NCBI GenBank assembly: GCA_002373935.1
Contig: DFKW01000012.1
Coordinates: 4,814-68,813 of the forward strand
DNA length: 64,000 nt
Direction of reading: 5' to 3'
Source of the DNA: Alphaproteobacteria bacterium UBA3635
GTDB taxonomy: Bacteria > Pseudomonadota > Alphaproteobacteria > Rs-D84
Shown here: positions 1-9,489 of the stretch, one piece after another
Layout of the letters: each line of letters opens with the position of its first letter
How positions within the stretch are numbered: position 1 is the stretch's first letter
Notes under the pieces: generated by a model
What the model was told of the DNA's origin: nothing
The model's database searches: none
The model's input: only the letters and a program-made list of their open reading frames with translations
Translations under genes and position numbers: made by a program

Positions 1-1063
1 CACATACAAACAAACTGTGCTTGCCATTTTTGCAACATTGTTCTGCTTGCTCGGTTGCGCCCAACATAATGGCATTTTGAATATCAATTCTGTCACGGTT
101 CATCTGATCCAATTTTTCCGCCAGCGCACGCGCCACCAAAGGATTATCGGTCAACAACAATTCCAACGCAGGCACCGCCGAATCCAATCGTCCCGCCGCA
201 TTCAGCCGCGGTCCCAACACAAACCCCGCAACATACACAGATGCATGCCGCGCACCCGCAACATCCATCAACACACGCACGCCAATATTTTTTCGCGCAT
301 CCAATACCTTTAACCCGGTTGCAACAAACGCACGATTTAACCCCACCAACGGCATCGTGTCACAAACCGTCCCCAGTGCGACCAAATCCAAATAATCCAT
401 TAAATTTATTTTTGATAATAATTCATGTCGCGCATCATTTTTTAACCTGTCGCGCAATTCACGATTTAACGCAACCAGTGTTAAAAACGCAACCCCGACA
501 CCCGCCAAATAATTCAACCCCGATGTATCATCCACGCGTTTTGGATTCACAATCGCCGCCGCCGCAGTGGGCAAAACCTCATCCGGTGAATGGTGGTCGG
601 TCACAACAACGCGCAATCCACGCGCCACCGCATGTTCGATTTCATTGACACAACTGATACCACAATCAACCGTCACCAAAACATCGGCACCATTATTTGC
701 AATATCATCAACCGCCGCAATGTTTAATCCATAACCTTCACCCTCACGCGTGGGGACATGCCAAATAACATCCATACCCAACGCCCGCAGATATTTTACA
801 AAAACGGCCGTTGATGTAATTCCATCGACATCATAATCGCCGTAAACCGCAATTTTTTTACGCGCCACAACCGCATCGGCGATAACACGCGCCGCCACAT
901 CCATATCACATAAAACACTTGGGTCTGGCATATATTCACGAATAGTTGGCGCCAAAAATTTTTCAATATCATCGCGCGCAGAAAACCCTCGGGCAACCAA
1001 GATATTACGAACCAAATCTTCGCCGAAATCTGATTTTGCCCCAAAATCTATACTATCCATCAT
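1..1063 (-). CDS. recJ: Single-stranded-DNA-specific exonuclease RecJ, N-terminal part. The gene continues past the left edge. It is absent from the ORF track because no stop codon lies inside the window.
   Basis: My own minus-strand translation from the ATG at 1063/1060 reads MDSIDFGAKSDFGEDLVRNILVARGF...KKIAVYGDYDVDGITS...VTVDCGIS...RVVVTDHHSP. The DHH-family motifs are in canonical order. Confidence 0.85.
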   Translation of the reverse strand, partial: MMDSIDFGAKSDFGEDLVRNILVARGFSARDDIEKFLAPTIREYMPDPSVLCDMDVAARVIADAVVARKKIAVYGDYDVDGITSTAVFVKYLRALGMDVIWHVPTREGEGYGLNIAAVDDIANNGADVLVTVDCGISCVNEIEHAVARGLRVVVTDHHSPDEVLPTAAAAIVNPKRVDDTSGLNYLAGVGVAFLTLVALNRELRDRLKNDARHELLSKINLMDYLDLVALGTVCDTMPLVGLNRAFVATGLKVLDARKNIGVRVLMDVAGARHASVYVAGFVLGPRLNAAGRLDSAVPALELLLTDNPLVARALAEKLDQMNRDRIDIQNAIMLGATEQAEQCCKNGKHSLFVC

Positions 1064-1147
1064 CACCCATGCCTGGCCCAGCACGGATTTATCAACTAAC
1101 TTTTTCAATTTATACTCTTTTCTTATCGAGTATATTATAACTGAAAT

Positions 1148-2767
1148 TTATTCAAATAGCAATGGCAGTATTCCATCCAATATTTTTCCGGCCGTCGGCA
1201 CAGAATTTTGTGACGCGGTTCGCCACCCACCGGTTTCCGCCAAACCTTGGGGTTCATCCAACACAACCATAATAATATATTGTGGTGCCTCGGCGGGGAA
1301 TATACCTACAAAAGTTGTCATATTACGATGTTTATCAATCGTGCCATTTACACGTTTTTCCGCCGTTCCGGTTTTTCCACCGATATTTATCCCACTGATA
1401 CGCGTCAATTTACCACTGGTTTCTTCGACAACGCGCACCATATTATGACGCAGACGCGCCGATATATCGTCATTTAACACGCGTGCGCCACGGACACGAC
1501 CAACATCACGCCTTTGAATTGTCGGATACATATAAATTCCACCATTTGTCACGGCATTTACGCCCAACAACAAATGCATTGGGGTCACGGCCACCGTATG
1601 CCCAAAAGATGCGGTTGCAACATCGGTAATACGCCATTTTTTTGGGAATATTGGATGTTCGGTTTTACCAAAATCCAAATCCAACTTTTCATCCAAATGC
1701 AACCGATGGAAAAATTCAGATTGCGCACCGTCCGGGAATTGCAGTGCGATTTGCACACTGCCCACATTACAAGAATGAACCATGACATCATCAACATCCA
1801 TCCAATCTTGCTTAAATTTTGCAACATCATGAAAAGTCGTCACATATCGCCCACTTTTCGTCCGCAACACATACGGTTTTGCGACATAATATTTACCGCC
1901 AATATTGTTTTCATACGCAATCGCCGTATTAAATATTTTAAACACAGACCCCATTTCCAACACATCGCGCATTGGTTTGAAACGTCGATTTTCAATCGGG
2001 AAATTTGCGACATGTTCCGGGTCAAAATCCGGCAAAGACACCATTGCCAACATTTCACCCGTGCGCGAATTCATCAACAATCCCATTGCACCTTTGGCAT
2101 GATATTTTTGAACGGCCTCGGACAAACGGGTGTGAAATTGTTCTTGGATTCGTGCATCCAGCGACAATCGCAACGGGTCATTATTTTCACGCAAATACGA
2201 ATCGAATATGCGTTCGGCACCCTCTAACCCTTCGCCTTCTTTGCCAACAAAACCAACCACATGCGCAAACAGATTATGTTTTGGATAACGGCGCATTTGT
2301 TTAACTTCGACCTCTAACCCTTCTAGTTTTGCATCTTTGATTTGTTTGCGTTCTGCATCGGTTGCATATTGCTTCAAATACATGAACTTTTTATTTTTCA
2401 AAATATCATACGCCGCCTCCAAAGAATATTTATATGGGAAAACCTCGTGAATTTTTTGTGCAACCGCATCCATATCGCGCACCGCACCGGGCCGCACCAT
2501 AACATGCCCCGACACGACATTTTTCGCCAATTTCACACCATTTCTATCCTCGATATCGGCACGAGTAATCGTCCAATCGGTTCCTAATTTTGCCTTGCCG
2601 GATGTATCCGTCCCAATACATCCGTAATATAATGTTTTGGCAAAGAACACCACAAATAACGCACAAATCCAACCATGCACAATGTTCAACCGGATGCGTT
2701 CAATATCGCGCCGTTTTGCGATGCGTCCCCCGAATCTGAAAACATCCTTTCCTATCTCGAACATCAA
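1148..2767 (-). CDS. ftsI: Peptidoglycan D,D-transpeptidase FtsI / class B PBP
   Basis: 539 aa with an N-terminal TM helix. It has the SxxK (SVFK), SxN (HSCN) and KTG (GKTGTAEK) motifs and lies directly downstream of an FtsL-like gene. Confidence 0.85.
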   Translation of the reverse strand: MMFEIGKDVFRFGGRIAKRRDIERIRLNIVHGWICALFVVFFAKTLYYGCIGTDTSGKAKLGTDWTITRADIEDRNGVKLAKNVVSGHVMVRPGAVRDMDAVAQKIHEVFPYKYSLEAAYDILKNKKFMYLKQYATDAERKQIKDAKLEGLEVEVKQMRRYPKHNLFAHVVGFVGKEGEGLEGAERIFDSYLRENNDPLRLSLDARIQEQFHTRLSEAVQKYHAKGAMGLLMNSRTGEMLAMVSLPDFDPEHVANFPIENRRFKPMRDVLEMGSVFKIFNTAIAYENNIGGKYYVAKPYVLRTKSGRYVTTFHDVAKFKQDWMDVDDVMVHSCNVGSVQIALQFPDGAQSEFFHRLHLDEKLDLDFGKTEHPIFPKKWRITDVATASFGHTVAVTPMHLLLGVNAVTNGGIYMYPTIQRRDVGRVRGARVLNDDISARLRHNMVRVVEETSGKLTRISGINIGGKTGTAEKRVNGTIDKHRNMTTFVGIFPAEAPQYIIMVVLDEPQGLAETGGWRTASQNSVPTAGKILDGILPLLFE

Positions 2768-2768
2768 A

Positions 2769-3065
2769 CTATTTCCTTAGCGGCAAATCATCAATTTCTA
2801 CATATTTTCTGAACCCGATAATTTCAACATGCGGATTGACCGCCGTCAACATACCCAACAAATATTCAGAATTCGTCATCGATTCGAATTTGGCTTGGGC
2901 CACGGCGATTTGTTGTTGGGTTTTAACCGTTTCATCGTATGTAAATTTCAAAGATTTATGTTGTGTGCGATAACACACTTGCAACCCAACAATTAAAAAT
3001 ATAACCCCGACCAGTGAGCAAACACCAATCTTGAACATTTTTTCTTCTTCATTCATATCCGTCAT
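2769..3065 (-). CDS. ftsL: FtsL-like small bitopic cell-division protein
   Basis: 98 aa with a single TM helix (VCSLVGVIFLIVGLQV). It sits 1 nt upstream of ftsI. The call rests on position and topology only. Confidence 0.45.
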   Translation of the reverse strand: MTDMNEEEKMFKIGVCSLVGVIFLIVGLQVCYRTQHKSLKFTYDETVKTQQQIAVAQAKFESMTNSEYLLGMLTAVNPHVEIIGFRKYVEIDDLPLRK

Positions 3066-3084
3066 CCATTATGGATATATTCTA

Positions 3085-3462
3085 TCATAAATTTTGTAAA
3101 AAACTAATCATAGAATTCAAACCGTTGATTCTTGCCGCACCCAAATTCAAATTCAACGCAGAAAATTCACCCCATAAATCCATTTTTTTTATCTGGGCCG
3201 GCGTTTTTCCATCAACCATTGCAATTAAAATCGCAACAATGCCACGAACCAAACCTGAATCTGCCGTTCCATAAAAATTATTTCCAACACGACAAATTTC
3301 AACATGCGATGAACACCCCGCAATTTCATGACATAACGCGCCATCAGGTGGCGACATCATATGTGCACCAAAATCCATCACTGCATCCAATTTGTCCACC
3401 GGATTTTCCAACATTTCTAATAAATTTTTCATTTGAATATATGTCATAAAATCACCATCCAT
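3085..3462 (-). CDS. sufE: SufE-family sulfur acceptor
   Basis: 125 aa. It has a conserved GC-S motif (EIAGCSSHV), DSGLVRGI and a C-terminal ARINGL segment typical of SufE/CsdE. It follows sufS-sufT. Confidence 0.7.
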   Translation of the reverse strand: MDGDFMTYIQMKNLLEMLENPVDKLDAVMDFGAHMMSPPDGALCHEIAGCSSHVEICRVGNNFYGTADSGLVRGIVAILIAMVDGKTPAQIKKMDLWGEFSALNLNLGAARINGLNSMISFLQNL

Positions 3463-3766
3463 GCGATGTTAAGTCCAATTCAACACGGGCGGCATCCGAC
3501 ATACGCGACAAATCCCACGCCGGTTCCCACACCAAATTTACATCAACCTTTTCCACGCCCGCAACACGCAATACCGCATTTTTAACCTGGCCCATCAATT
3601 CATCCATCATGGGACATGTGGGACTGGTCAATGTCATTGTAATTGTGATATTTTTCCCATCAATTTTAATATCATATACCAAACCCATATCCCAAATATT
3701 TACCGGTATTTCCGGGTCAAACACGGTTTTCAATGCACCGATAATATCATCTTTTTCTATTGCCAT
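3452..3766 (-). CDS. sufT: SUF Fe-S assembly protein SufT (DUF59/MIP18)
   Basis: 104 aa with DPEIPVNIWDMGLVY...LTSPTCPM, the DUF59 signature. It lies between sufS and sufE. Confidence 0.75.
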   Translation of the reverse strand: MAIEKDDIIGALKTVFDPEIPVNIWDMGLVYDIKIDGKNITITMTLTSPTCPMMDELMGQVKNAVLRVAGVEKVDVNLVWEPAWDLSRMSDAARVELDLTSHGW

Positions 3767-3767
3767 T

Positions 3768-4880
3768 TTATTTCACCGTTTTTTGAACCACGGATAAAAA
3801 TTCATCTGCGTCCTGGCGCGTATTCCACGGTCCAACCGACACGCGTATCGACCCATCAACACCTAAACACCGATGAACCCAAGACGCACACATATTTCCA
3901 ACCCGCACACATATATTATTTGCGCCCATATACGCACCAAAATCCAACGGATGCATACCATCAATCACAAAAGTCAAAATGGCCGCATCACGCGACGATA
4001 AAATTTTTATACGCGGATTTTTTTGCAACCCATCATACATATATTTAATCAAATCTAAATCAGGACGATGCGATTCCAATTCATCAATCGCAAACGGCAT
4101 CCCACAAATTTGTGTCAATGGTAATGTACCGGCCTCGAACCGATGGGGTGGATTATTCCAAACCACATCCGCTTCATCGACACGCAACACCATACCACCA
4201 CCAAATTTATCCGGCATATATTTTTGCGAATCGCGGATATACAAAATACCAACCCCGGTATCGGCACCGATTTTATGTCCCGACGCAACCAAGAAATCGC
4301 AATCCCACGCGCGCACATCTATTTTTTTATGCACAATATATTGCGTTGCATCAACCACGGTAATTACATTTGGGTTTTTACGCCGCGCCGCGCGAATAAT
4401 TTCCGCGACATCTTGGGCAATCCCCAACACATTAGACATTGCCGTTATAACCAACACATCAGATTTCGGCACAGAATCGATTTTAATATTAAAATTTTCA
4501 TCCAATTCGCATTTTTCAATTTTACGAATTTTTCCCCGCTTCAACATTTCCACCCACGGCAACCGCGCCGAGTGATGATCCAAATCAGACACCGCAACCG
4601 AAAACCCAGAAATATCAAATTGATGTTCAATAATATGAACAATTCTGTTTAACCCATCGGTTGCATTTGCCGTCCAAACAATTTGGGCGGCATCTGCATT
4701 TATAAAATCTGCAACACGACGACGCGAACGTGCAACCATATCATCGACGGCACCTGCGCGCGCGCAAACCCCCCGCCCGGCATTTGCATAGTGGCGACGC
4801 AAAAAATCCATTTCCGCCACAATCACAGATTCCGGCTTTAGAAAACTGGCGGCGGCATCAAAATATACGATATCTTTCAT
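3768..4880 (-). CDS. sufS: Cysteine desulfurase (class V aminotransferase, SufS-like)
   Basis: The real start is MKDIVYFDAAASF at 4880. It has the PLP-lysine motif SGHK and an active-site Cys in VRVGNMCAS. The longer track ORF (to 5420) overlaps trxA and is rejected. Confidence 0.8.
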   Translation of the reverse strand: MKDIVYFDAAASFLKPESVIVAEMDFLRRHYANAGRGVCARAGAVDDMVARSRRRVADFINADAAQIVWTANATDGLNRIVHIIEHQFDISGFSVAVSDLDHHSARLPWVEMLKRGKIRKIEKCELDENFNIKIDSVPKSDVLVITAMSNVLGIAQDVAEIIRAARRKNPNVITVVDATQYIVHKKIDVRAWDCDFLVASGHKIGADTGVGILYIRDSQKYMPDKFGGGMVLRVDEADVVWNNPPHRFEAGTLPLTQICGMPFAIDELESHRPDLDLIKYMYDGLQKNPRIKILSSRDAAILTFVIDGMHPLDFGAYMGANNICVRVGNMCASWVHRCLGVDGSIRVSVGPWNTRQDADEFLSVVQKTVK

Positions 4881-4959
4881 ATTACGAAAAACCTTGCATT
4901 TCCCCAATATTATAATACACTCAAACCGAATATCAACTATTCTATAAAGGAGAAAAAAG

Positions 4960-5283
4960 ATGGCATTACAACATGCAAATGACGCAAATTTTAACGATAC
5001 GATTTCAAATGGCTTGACTTTGGTGGATTTTTGGGCAACATGGTGTGGTCCATGCCGTATGTTTGGGCCGATTTTTGAATCTGTATCGAACAAAGTTTCC
5101 GATGTCAATTTTGTAAAATTTGAAATCGACGAAACAAACCGTACAACCCCAACAAAATTCGGCATACGCAGCATCCCCAGTGTCCTGGCATTCCGCAACG
5201 GCGAATTGATTGAGGCACGCACGGGTCTGATGGACGAAGAAACGGTTATCGCGTGGATACACGAATTACAATCCGCGGCATAA
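4960..5283 (+). CDS. trxA: Thioredoxin
   Basis: 107 aa with the WCGPC active site (FWATWCGPCRM). Confidence 0.92.
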   Translation: MALQHANDANFNDTISNGLTLVDFWATWCGPCRMFGPIFESVSNKVSDVNFVKFEIDETNRTTPTKFGIRSIPSVLAFRNGELIEARTGLMDEETVIAWIHELQSAA

Positions 5284-5318
5284 CAATTTATACCACACAA
5301 TCCCCAAGGGAGAAAAAC

Positions 5319-5747
5319 ATGGCAAAACAAGATTACAAAACACTGGAACTGCCGGCAAAATATACGCCAAAAAAATCCGAAGAATATATGTGCTTGGAAC
5401 AACGCGCGTATTTTTATCAAATTTTAATGGCACAAAAACAGGAAATCACCGACGGCAATTCTGATGTGTTAAACGTCGTTCGTAACGGCGACAATGGTGA
5501 CACGGCGGGTGTTGGCGATGATGCCGACAACGCATCCGCATCCCAGGCATTAACCATGAACCTGCGTATGTCGGAACGCGATAATAATTTATTAAAGAAA
5601 ATAGACGCGGCGTTGGAACGTTTGGAAAACGGCAAATTCGGATTCAGTGTTATATCCGGCGACCCAATTGGGATTCCACGCCTGTTGGCACGTCCGTTGG
5701 CAACAATGACGGTTGAAGAACAAGAAGAATACGAGGCCAACAAATAA
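5319..5747 (+). CDS. dksA: DksA/TraR-family RNA-polymerase-binding factor, Cys-less variant
   Basis: Start MAKQDYK is preceded by aagggaga. The coiled-coil tip DDADNAS fits D-x-x-D-x-A. The C-terminal segment ...GIPRLLARPLATMTVEEQ aligns to the DksA zinc-finger region, but all four Cys are replaced. Confidence 0.75.
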   Translation: MAKQDYKTLELPAKYTPKKSEEYMCLEQRAYFYQILMAQKQEITDGNSDVLNVVRNGDNGDTAGVGDDADNASASQALTMNLRMSERDNNLLKKIDAALERLENGKFGFSVISGDPIGIPRLLARPLATMTVEEQEEYEANK

Positions 5748-5777
5748 TAAAAAACGCATCGTATACAAACAAATCAC

Positions 5778-5803
5778 ACCGGGGGAACAAACCCGGTTTT
5801 TTT
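5778..5803 (+). terminator. Rho-independent terminator after dksA
   Basis: Stem accggg / cccggt with an 8-nt loop, followed by a T-run. Confidence 0.6.
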
Positions 5804-5841
5804 ATATAAAAAACAAAAACAGAACGCCCAAGGACGCGGAT

Positions 5842-6162
5842 TTATTCAATCCACATATCGACCAGTGTAGTGCCATTTTGGCCTGACCGAACCTTGGACG
5901 TTCTGTTTGCATCTGTCCATCCAACGGTTGCCACCTCTTTAGACGAGGTATTCACAGTCGCGGATGTTTGGGGATTTTGAGACAGAGTTACAGGAGAACC
6001 AGCAGTATTTTTTATTTCGACCGAACCGGCACCATCGCGTTTAATTGATGCATCAATATACGCAACAGAAGCCAGCTTCGTTTCTGCAAACGCAACACTA
6101 GAAACGCCACAGAACACGCAAGAAAACAACAAAAATTTGAGAATTGTTGCTCTCAGTCTCAT
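5842..6162 (-). CDS. Small secreted protein of unknown function
   Basis: 106 aa with a signal peptide (LLFSCVFCGVSSVAFA/ET) and a Thr/Ser/Asn-rich mature part. No recognisable domain. Confidence 0.5.
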   Translation of the reverse strand: MRLRATILKFLLFSCVFCGVSSVAFAETKLASVAYIDASIKRDGAGSVEIKNTAGSPVTLSQNPQTSATVNTSSKEVATVGWTDANRTSKVRSGQNGTTLVDMWIE

Positions 6163-6236
6163 AATCTACTTTTTCCCCTTATTACAAGGGTAGTAAAAAT
6201 TACGAAACTGAATCAAGCATAAAAAAGTAATTTTTG

Positions 6237-6464
6237 CTATTTATTCTTGACTTTTTTATAACTTTTTGATTTTACTGATTTTTTTGATGTGCTTTTCTTG
6301 ACCGCTGCATCATCTTTTTTATCGGTATTTTTCAATTCTTTTTTAAAGACATTTATCCCATCAGCGACATTTTTCATCATACTTGGAATTGCCCGATGGC
6401 CGAATAAAATAACCAACAAAATGACAATAACCAGTATTTCCATCCAACCCAATCTTCCAAACAT
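6237..6464 (-). CDS. tatA: Twin-arginine translocase subunit TatA/E
   Basis: Start MFGRLGWMEILVIVILLVILFGHRAIPSMMKNVADGI matches the TatA TM plus amphipathic helix, followed by a Lys-rich tail. The RBS is aaaggag. No tatB or tatC is adjacent. Confidence 0.8.
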   Translation of the reverse strand: MFGRLGWMEILVIVILLVILFGHRAIPSMMKNVADGINVFKKELKNTDKKDDAAVKKSTSKKSVKSKSYKKVKNK

Positions 6465-6475
6465 CTTATACTCCT

Positions 6476-7300
6476 TTATTTCGCCACATAGCAATCCAAA
6501 CCATCCGATTTGGCATTACGACAAAATCCATTTGCGTCATTTGCGTTATTAAATGCGACACGCAACCGATATGTTGTGCGACCATCTTTTAACACTGATG
6601 CCAAAACCACAAATTGTTTACCGGCAAATAAACTGGCATGTGCGGCACGGATTTTTGCACCCGCGGCATTTGCCGCATCCCGCGTTGCATACGATCCAAA
6701 TTGCACATACCACGCGGCCGCGCCAGACGATTTTTCAACCTTTTTAGGTTGTGATTTCGCCACATTTTTTTGCACCGGCTTTGCGACCGTCTTCGCGACC
6801 GGTTTAGCCGCCACCGGTTTTACATCCGCCGACACTTTATTAGGATTAAACACAACCTCGCGCCGATCTTCGATAACACGCACATTTGCATCCGTATCCG
6901 CGACCGGTTTTACATCAACCTTTTGCGGTTGTGGTTGCGGTTGTTGTGCCGCCGGCTCTGGCATCGGTTTTTGTGGCTGCACCACAACGGGTTGTGGTTG
7001 TGCCGCCGGCATCGCAGCCGGCACCGGCAACGGTTGCGGATTTACATCCACGACCGGCGCATCCCCACCATCAACAACAACGGACGGTTCACCATCTAAA
7101 TCAATTTCAACCGATGACGACGAAGTCCCACCAACGGTGCGCACAATCACATATGTTGCCAACGCAATCACAACCAACCCAACCCCCAACAGCAACCACG
7201 GCTTTCTGGGGCGCGGTGTTGCAAACGCAACCTCGGGCAATGCATCAGAATTGTCACCATCTAAATCTAATAAATCCAAATTTGTGTTTTCGTCGTTCAT
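6476..7300 (-). CDS. SPOR-domain peptidoglycan-binding protein
   Basis: 274 aa with one TM helix, a Pro/Gln/Val-rich linker and a C-terminal SPOR-like domain (AAWYVQFGSYATRDAANAAGAKI...YRLRV). Confidence 0.75.
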   Translation of the reverse strand: MNDENTNLDLLDLDGDNSDALPEVAFATPRPRKPWLLLGVGLVVIALATYVIVRTVGGTSSSSVEIDLDGEPSVVVDGGDAPVVDVNPQPLPVPAAMPAAQPQPVVVQPQKPMPEPAAQQPQPQPQKVDVKPVADTDANVRVIEDRREVVFNPNKVSADVKPVAAKPVAKTVAKPVQKNVAKSQPKKVEKSSGAAAWYVQFGSYATRDAANAAGAKIRAAHASLFAGKQFVVLASVLKDGRTTYRLRVAFNNANDANGFCRNAKSDGLDCYVAK

Positions 7301-7332
7301 AAAAAACTCCCTTGTAAATTGCTTACAGGGGA
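7301..7332 (-). terminator. Rho-independent terminator after the thrS-lipoprotein unit
   Basis: On the minus strand, tcccctgtaa gcaat ttacaaggga forms a hairpin followed by tttttt. Confidence 0.5.
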
Positions 7333-7377
7333 TATTATATCACAAAAAAAACATTATTCCAAATCGCAACCTTAATT

Positions 7378-7518
7378 TTATTTTGGCATATTTCCAAAAT
7401 TTGGTGGCACAATCAATTTGTGATTTTGTTCAACGATTGGTTCAACCTCGCAATTACAGCACCCGGCCAGCGCACCAACCGTCACCACACACAATGTCCA
7501 CATTAAAATTTTTTTCAT
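7378..7518 (-). CDS. Small lipoprotein
   Basis: MKKILMWTLCVVTVGALAGC carries a lipobox (LAGC). RBS ggagaaag. 46 aa. The longer track ORF would overlap thrS. Confidence 0.4.
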   Translation of the reverse strand: MKKILMWTLCVVTVGALAGCCNCEVEPIVEQNHKLIVPPNFGNMPK

Positions 7519-7555
7519 ATCTTTCTCCATTATTTTTTTAATTTGGGCAACAATT

Positions 7556-9283
7556 TTATAAAGGCATTTTGATTGCATCAACCATTTGTGCAACAAACGC
7601 ATCCAACGGCATTACATCTTGGGATTCCACCCCCAACCGACGCAAAGTGACCGATTTATCCGTTTGTTCTTTTTCACCGACAACGGCGATAATTGGTGTT
7701 TTTGCCATTGACAGTTCGCGAATCTTATAATTGACCTTTTCGTCCCTTAAATCGGCACGTGCATAAACACCCGCGCCGCGCAAATCGGCAACAACCTTTT
7801 CTGCATATTCGCGATATTTTTCGGACACAGGCACCACAACGACCGGTTCCGGCGACAACCACAACGGCAAATTACCCGCATGATTTTCCAACAATATACC
7901 CATAAACCGTTCAATTGAACCAAACAATGCGCGATGCAACATCACGGGGCGATGTTTTTCACCATCTTCGCCGATATAAGAAATATCGAATCTTTCCGGT
8001 AAATTCATATCGACCTGGATAGTTCCACATTGCCACTCGCGCCCAATTGCATCACGCAAAATAAATTCCAATTTTGGTCCATAAAACGCGCCCTCGCCCG
8101 GATTTATTTCAAACGCGTATCCATGTGCCGTCAACGCATTTGCCAACGATTTTTCACACAAATCCCAAATTTCATCCGACCCAATGCGTTTTTCCGGCCG
8201 CGTGGACAGATAAATTTTAACATCCGTAAATCCAAATGTTTTATAAATATCCAAAATCAGTTTTAATGTATCGATACATTCTGCCTCCATCTGTTCCGGG
8301 GCACAAAAAATATGCGCATCGTCCTGGGTAAATTCACGCACACGCATCAATCCCATCAATGAACCTGATGCCTCATAACGATTGACCTTGCCAAATTCGG
8401 CCATACGCAACGGCAAATCGCGATAAGAACGCAATTCATTACGATAAATCAACACGCCGCCCGGACAATTCATCGGTTTAATACAGAACATACGTCCATC
8501 TTCGGTTTTGCCCGAATAATTATGCGCGCCATATTTTTCCCAATGTCCGGATGTTTCCCACAAAGACCGGTCCATAACACCGGGGGTGCAAACCTCGACA
8601 TAACCGGCGCGTTCCTGACGGGCACGCATATACTCAATCAAGCGACGATAAATTTTATAACCCTTGTCATGCCAGAATACCGCACCCGGCGCAAATTCCG
8701 GTTCAAAATGGAACAAATCCATCTCGCGCCCCAATTTACGATTATCGCGTTTTGCGGCCTCTTCCTGCATTTTCAAGAAACTATCCAATTCATCTTTGCT
8801 GGCAAATGCATCAACATAAATTCTTTGCAGCATTTTATTTTTAGAATCGCCCTTCCAATATGCACCGGCAACCGCGCGAATTTTGAAACCGTCGCGTGGC
8901 AAATCTTTGGAACTTTCCACATGCGGCCCACGGCACAAATCCGTAAAGTCACGGAAAGTATAAATCGACAACGCCTCACCTGCGGCATCATATTCATTTA
9001 ACCATTCCATTTTATATGGTTGGTCATGAAATAATTTCTTGGCCTCGTCTAAACTCACAATTCTTTGTTCGAATCGACCGTTTGATTTAATCAGTTCCCG
9101 CATTTCCCGTTCGATTTTTTCAAAATCTTCCTCGGAAAATCTGTAATCTGTATCAAAATCGTAATAGAACCCATTTTCAATAGCCGGTCCCCCCGCAAAT
9201 TTAATTTCCGGATGCAATTTTTTCACCGCCGCCGCCATAACGTGTGCCAACGAATGACGAACCGTTTCAATTGGATAAGACAT
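7556..9283 (-). CDS. thrS: Threonine--tRNA ligase lacking the N-terminal TGS domain
   Basis: 575 aa. It begins directly at the editing-domain HxxxH motif (VRHSLAHV), followed by the class II catalytic core and an anticodon-binding domain. Confidence 0.9.
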   Translation of the reverse strand: MSYPIETVRHSLAHVMAAAVKKLHPEIKFAGGPAIENGFYYDFDTDYRFSEEDFEKIEREMRELIKSNGRFEQRIVSLDEAKKLFHDQPYKMEWLNEYDAAGEALSIYTFRDFTDLCRGPHVESSKDLPRDGFKIRAVAGAYWKGDSKNKMLQRIYVDAFASKDELDSFLKMQEEAAKRDNRKLGREMDLFHFEPEFAPGAVFWHDKGYKIYRRLIEYMRARQERAGYVEVCTPGVMDRSLWETSGHWEKYGAHNYSGKTEDGRMFCIKPMNCPGGVLIYRNELRSYRDLPLRMAEFGKVNRYEASGSLMGLMRVREFTQDDAHIFCAPEQMEAECIDTLKLILDIYKTFGFTDVKIYLSTRPEKRIGSDEIWDLCEKSLANALTAHGYAFEINPGEGAFYGPKLEFILRDAIGREWQCGTIQVDMNLPERFDISYIGEDGEKHRPVMLHRALFGSIERFMGILLENHAGNLPLWLSPEPVVVVPVSEKYREYAEKVVADLRGAGVYARADLRDEKVNYKIRELSMAKTPIIAVVGEKEQTDKSVTLRRLGVESQDVMPLDAFVAQMVDAIKMPL

Positions 9284-9489
9284 AACAACTAACCTTTTTT
9301 ATCTGTATTTTTGTTTTTTAATTTGAAATTGATTTAGATTATAATACGCACAAAACATATGTGCAAATAAAATTACCGCACCCCCTTGGGGGTTGTGGTT
9401 GTCGTGGTTGTAAAAATGAACTTTTCAAAAATCATACATTTATAATAAAACAAAAACCGCCAAAAGTCAATAATCTTAAAGTTTGAATT

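Noticed and set aside
4881-5420. N-terminal 180-codon extension of the sufS track ORF (3768-5420)
   Set aside because: The extension has no similarity to desulfurases and has odd composition. It is antisense to the well-supported trxA and to the dksA start. The homologous region begins at MKDIVYFDAAAS (4880).
6237-6464. Orphan tatA as a sign of an incomplete Tat system
   Set aside because: tatB and tatC can be encoded elsewhere, so absence from one window is not informative.
6510-7541. 343-aa plus-strand ORF
   Set aside because: It is antisense to the SPOR-domain gene. Its low-complexity Ala/Gly/Thr/Cys translation is produced by the Pro/Val/Lys-rich repeats on the other strand.
9340-9420. 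Possible small RNA: tataat, then hairpin gcaca/tgtgc, then hairpin accccc ttg ggggt
   Set aside because: The -35 region is poor and the second hairpin is followed by a GT-rich tract rather than a T-run. The evidence is too weak to call.
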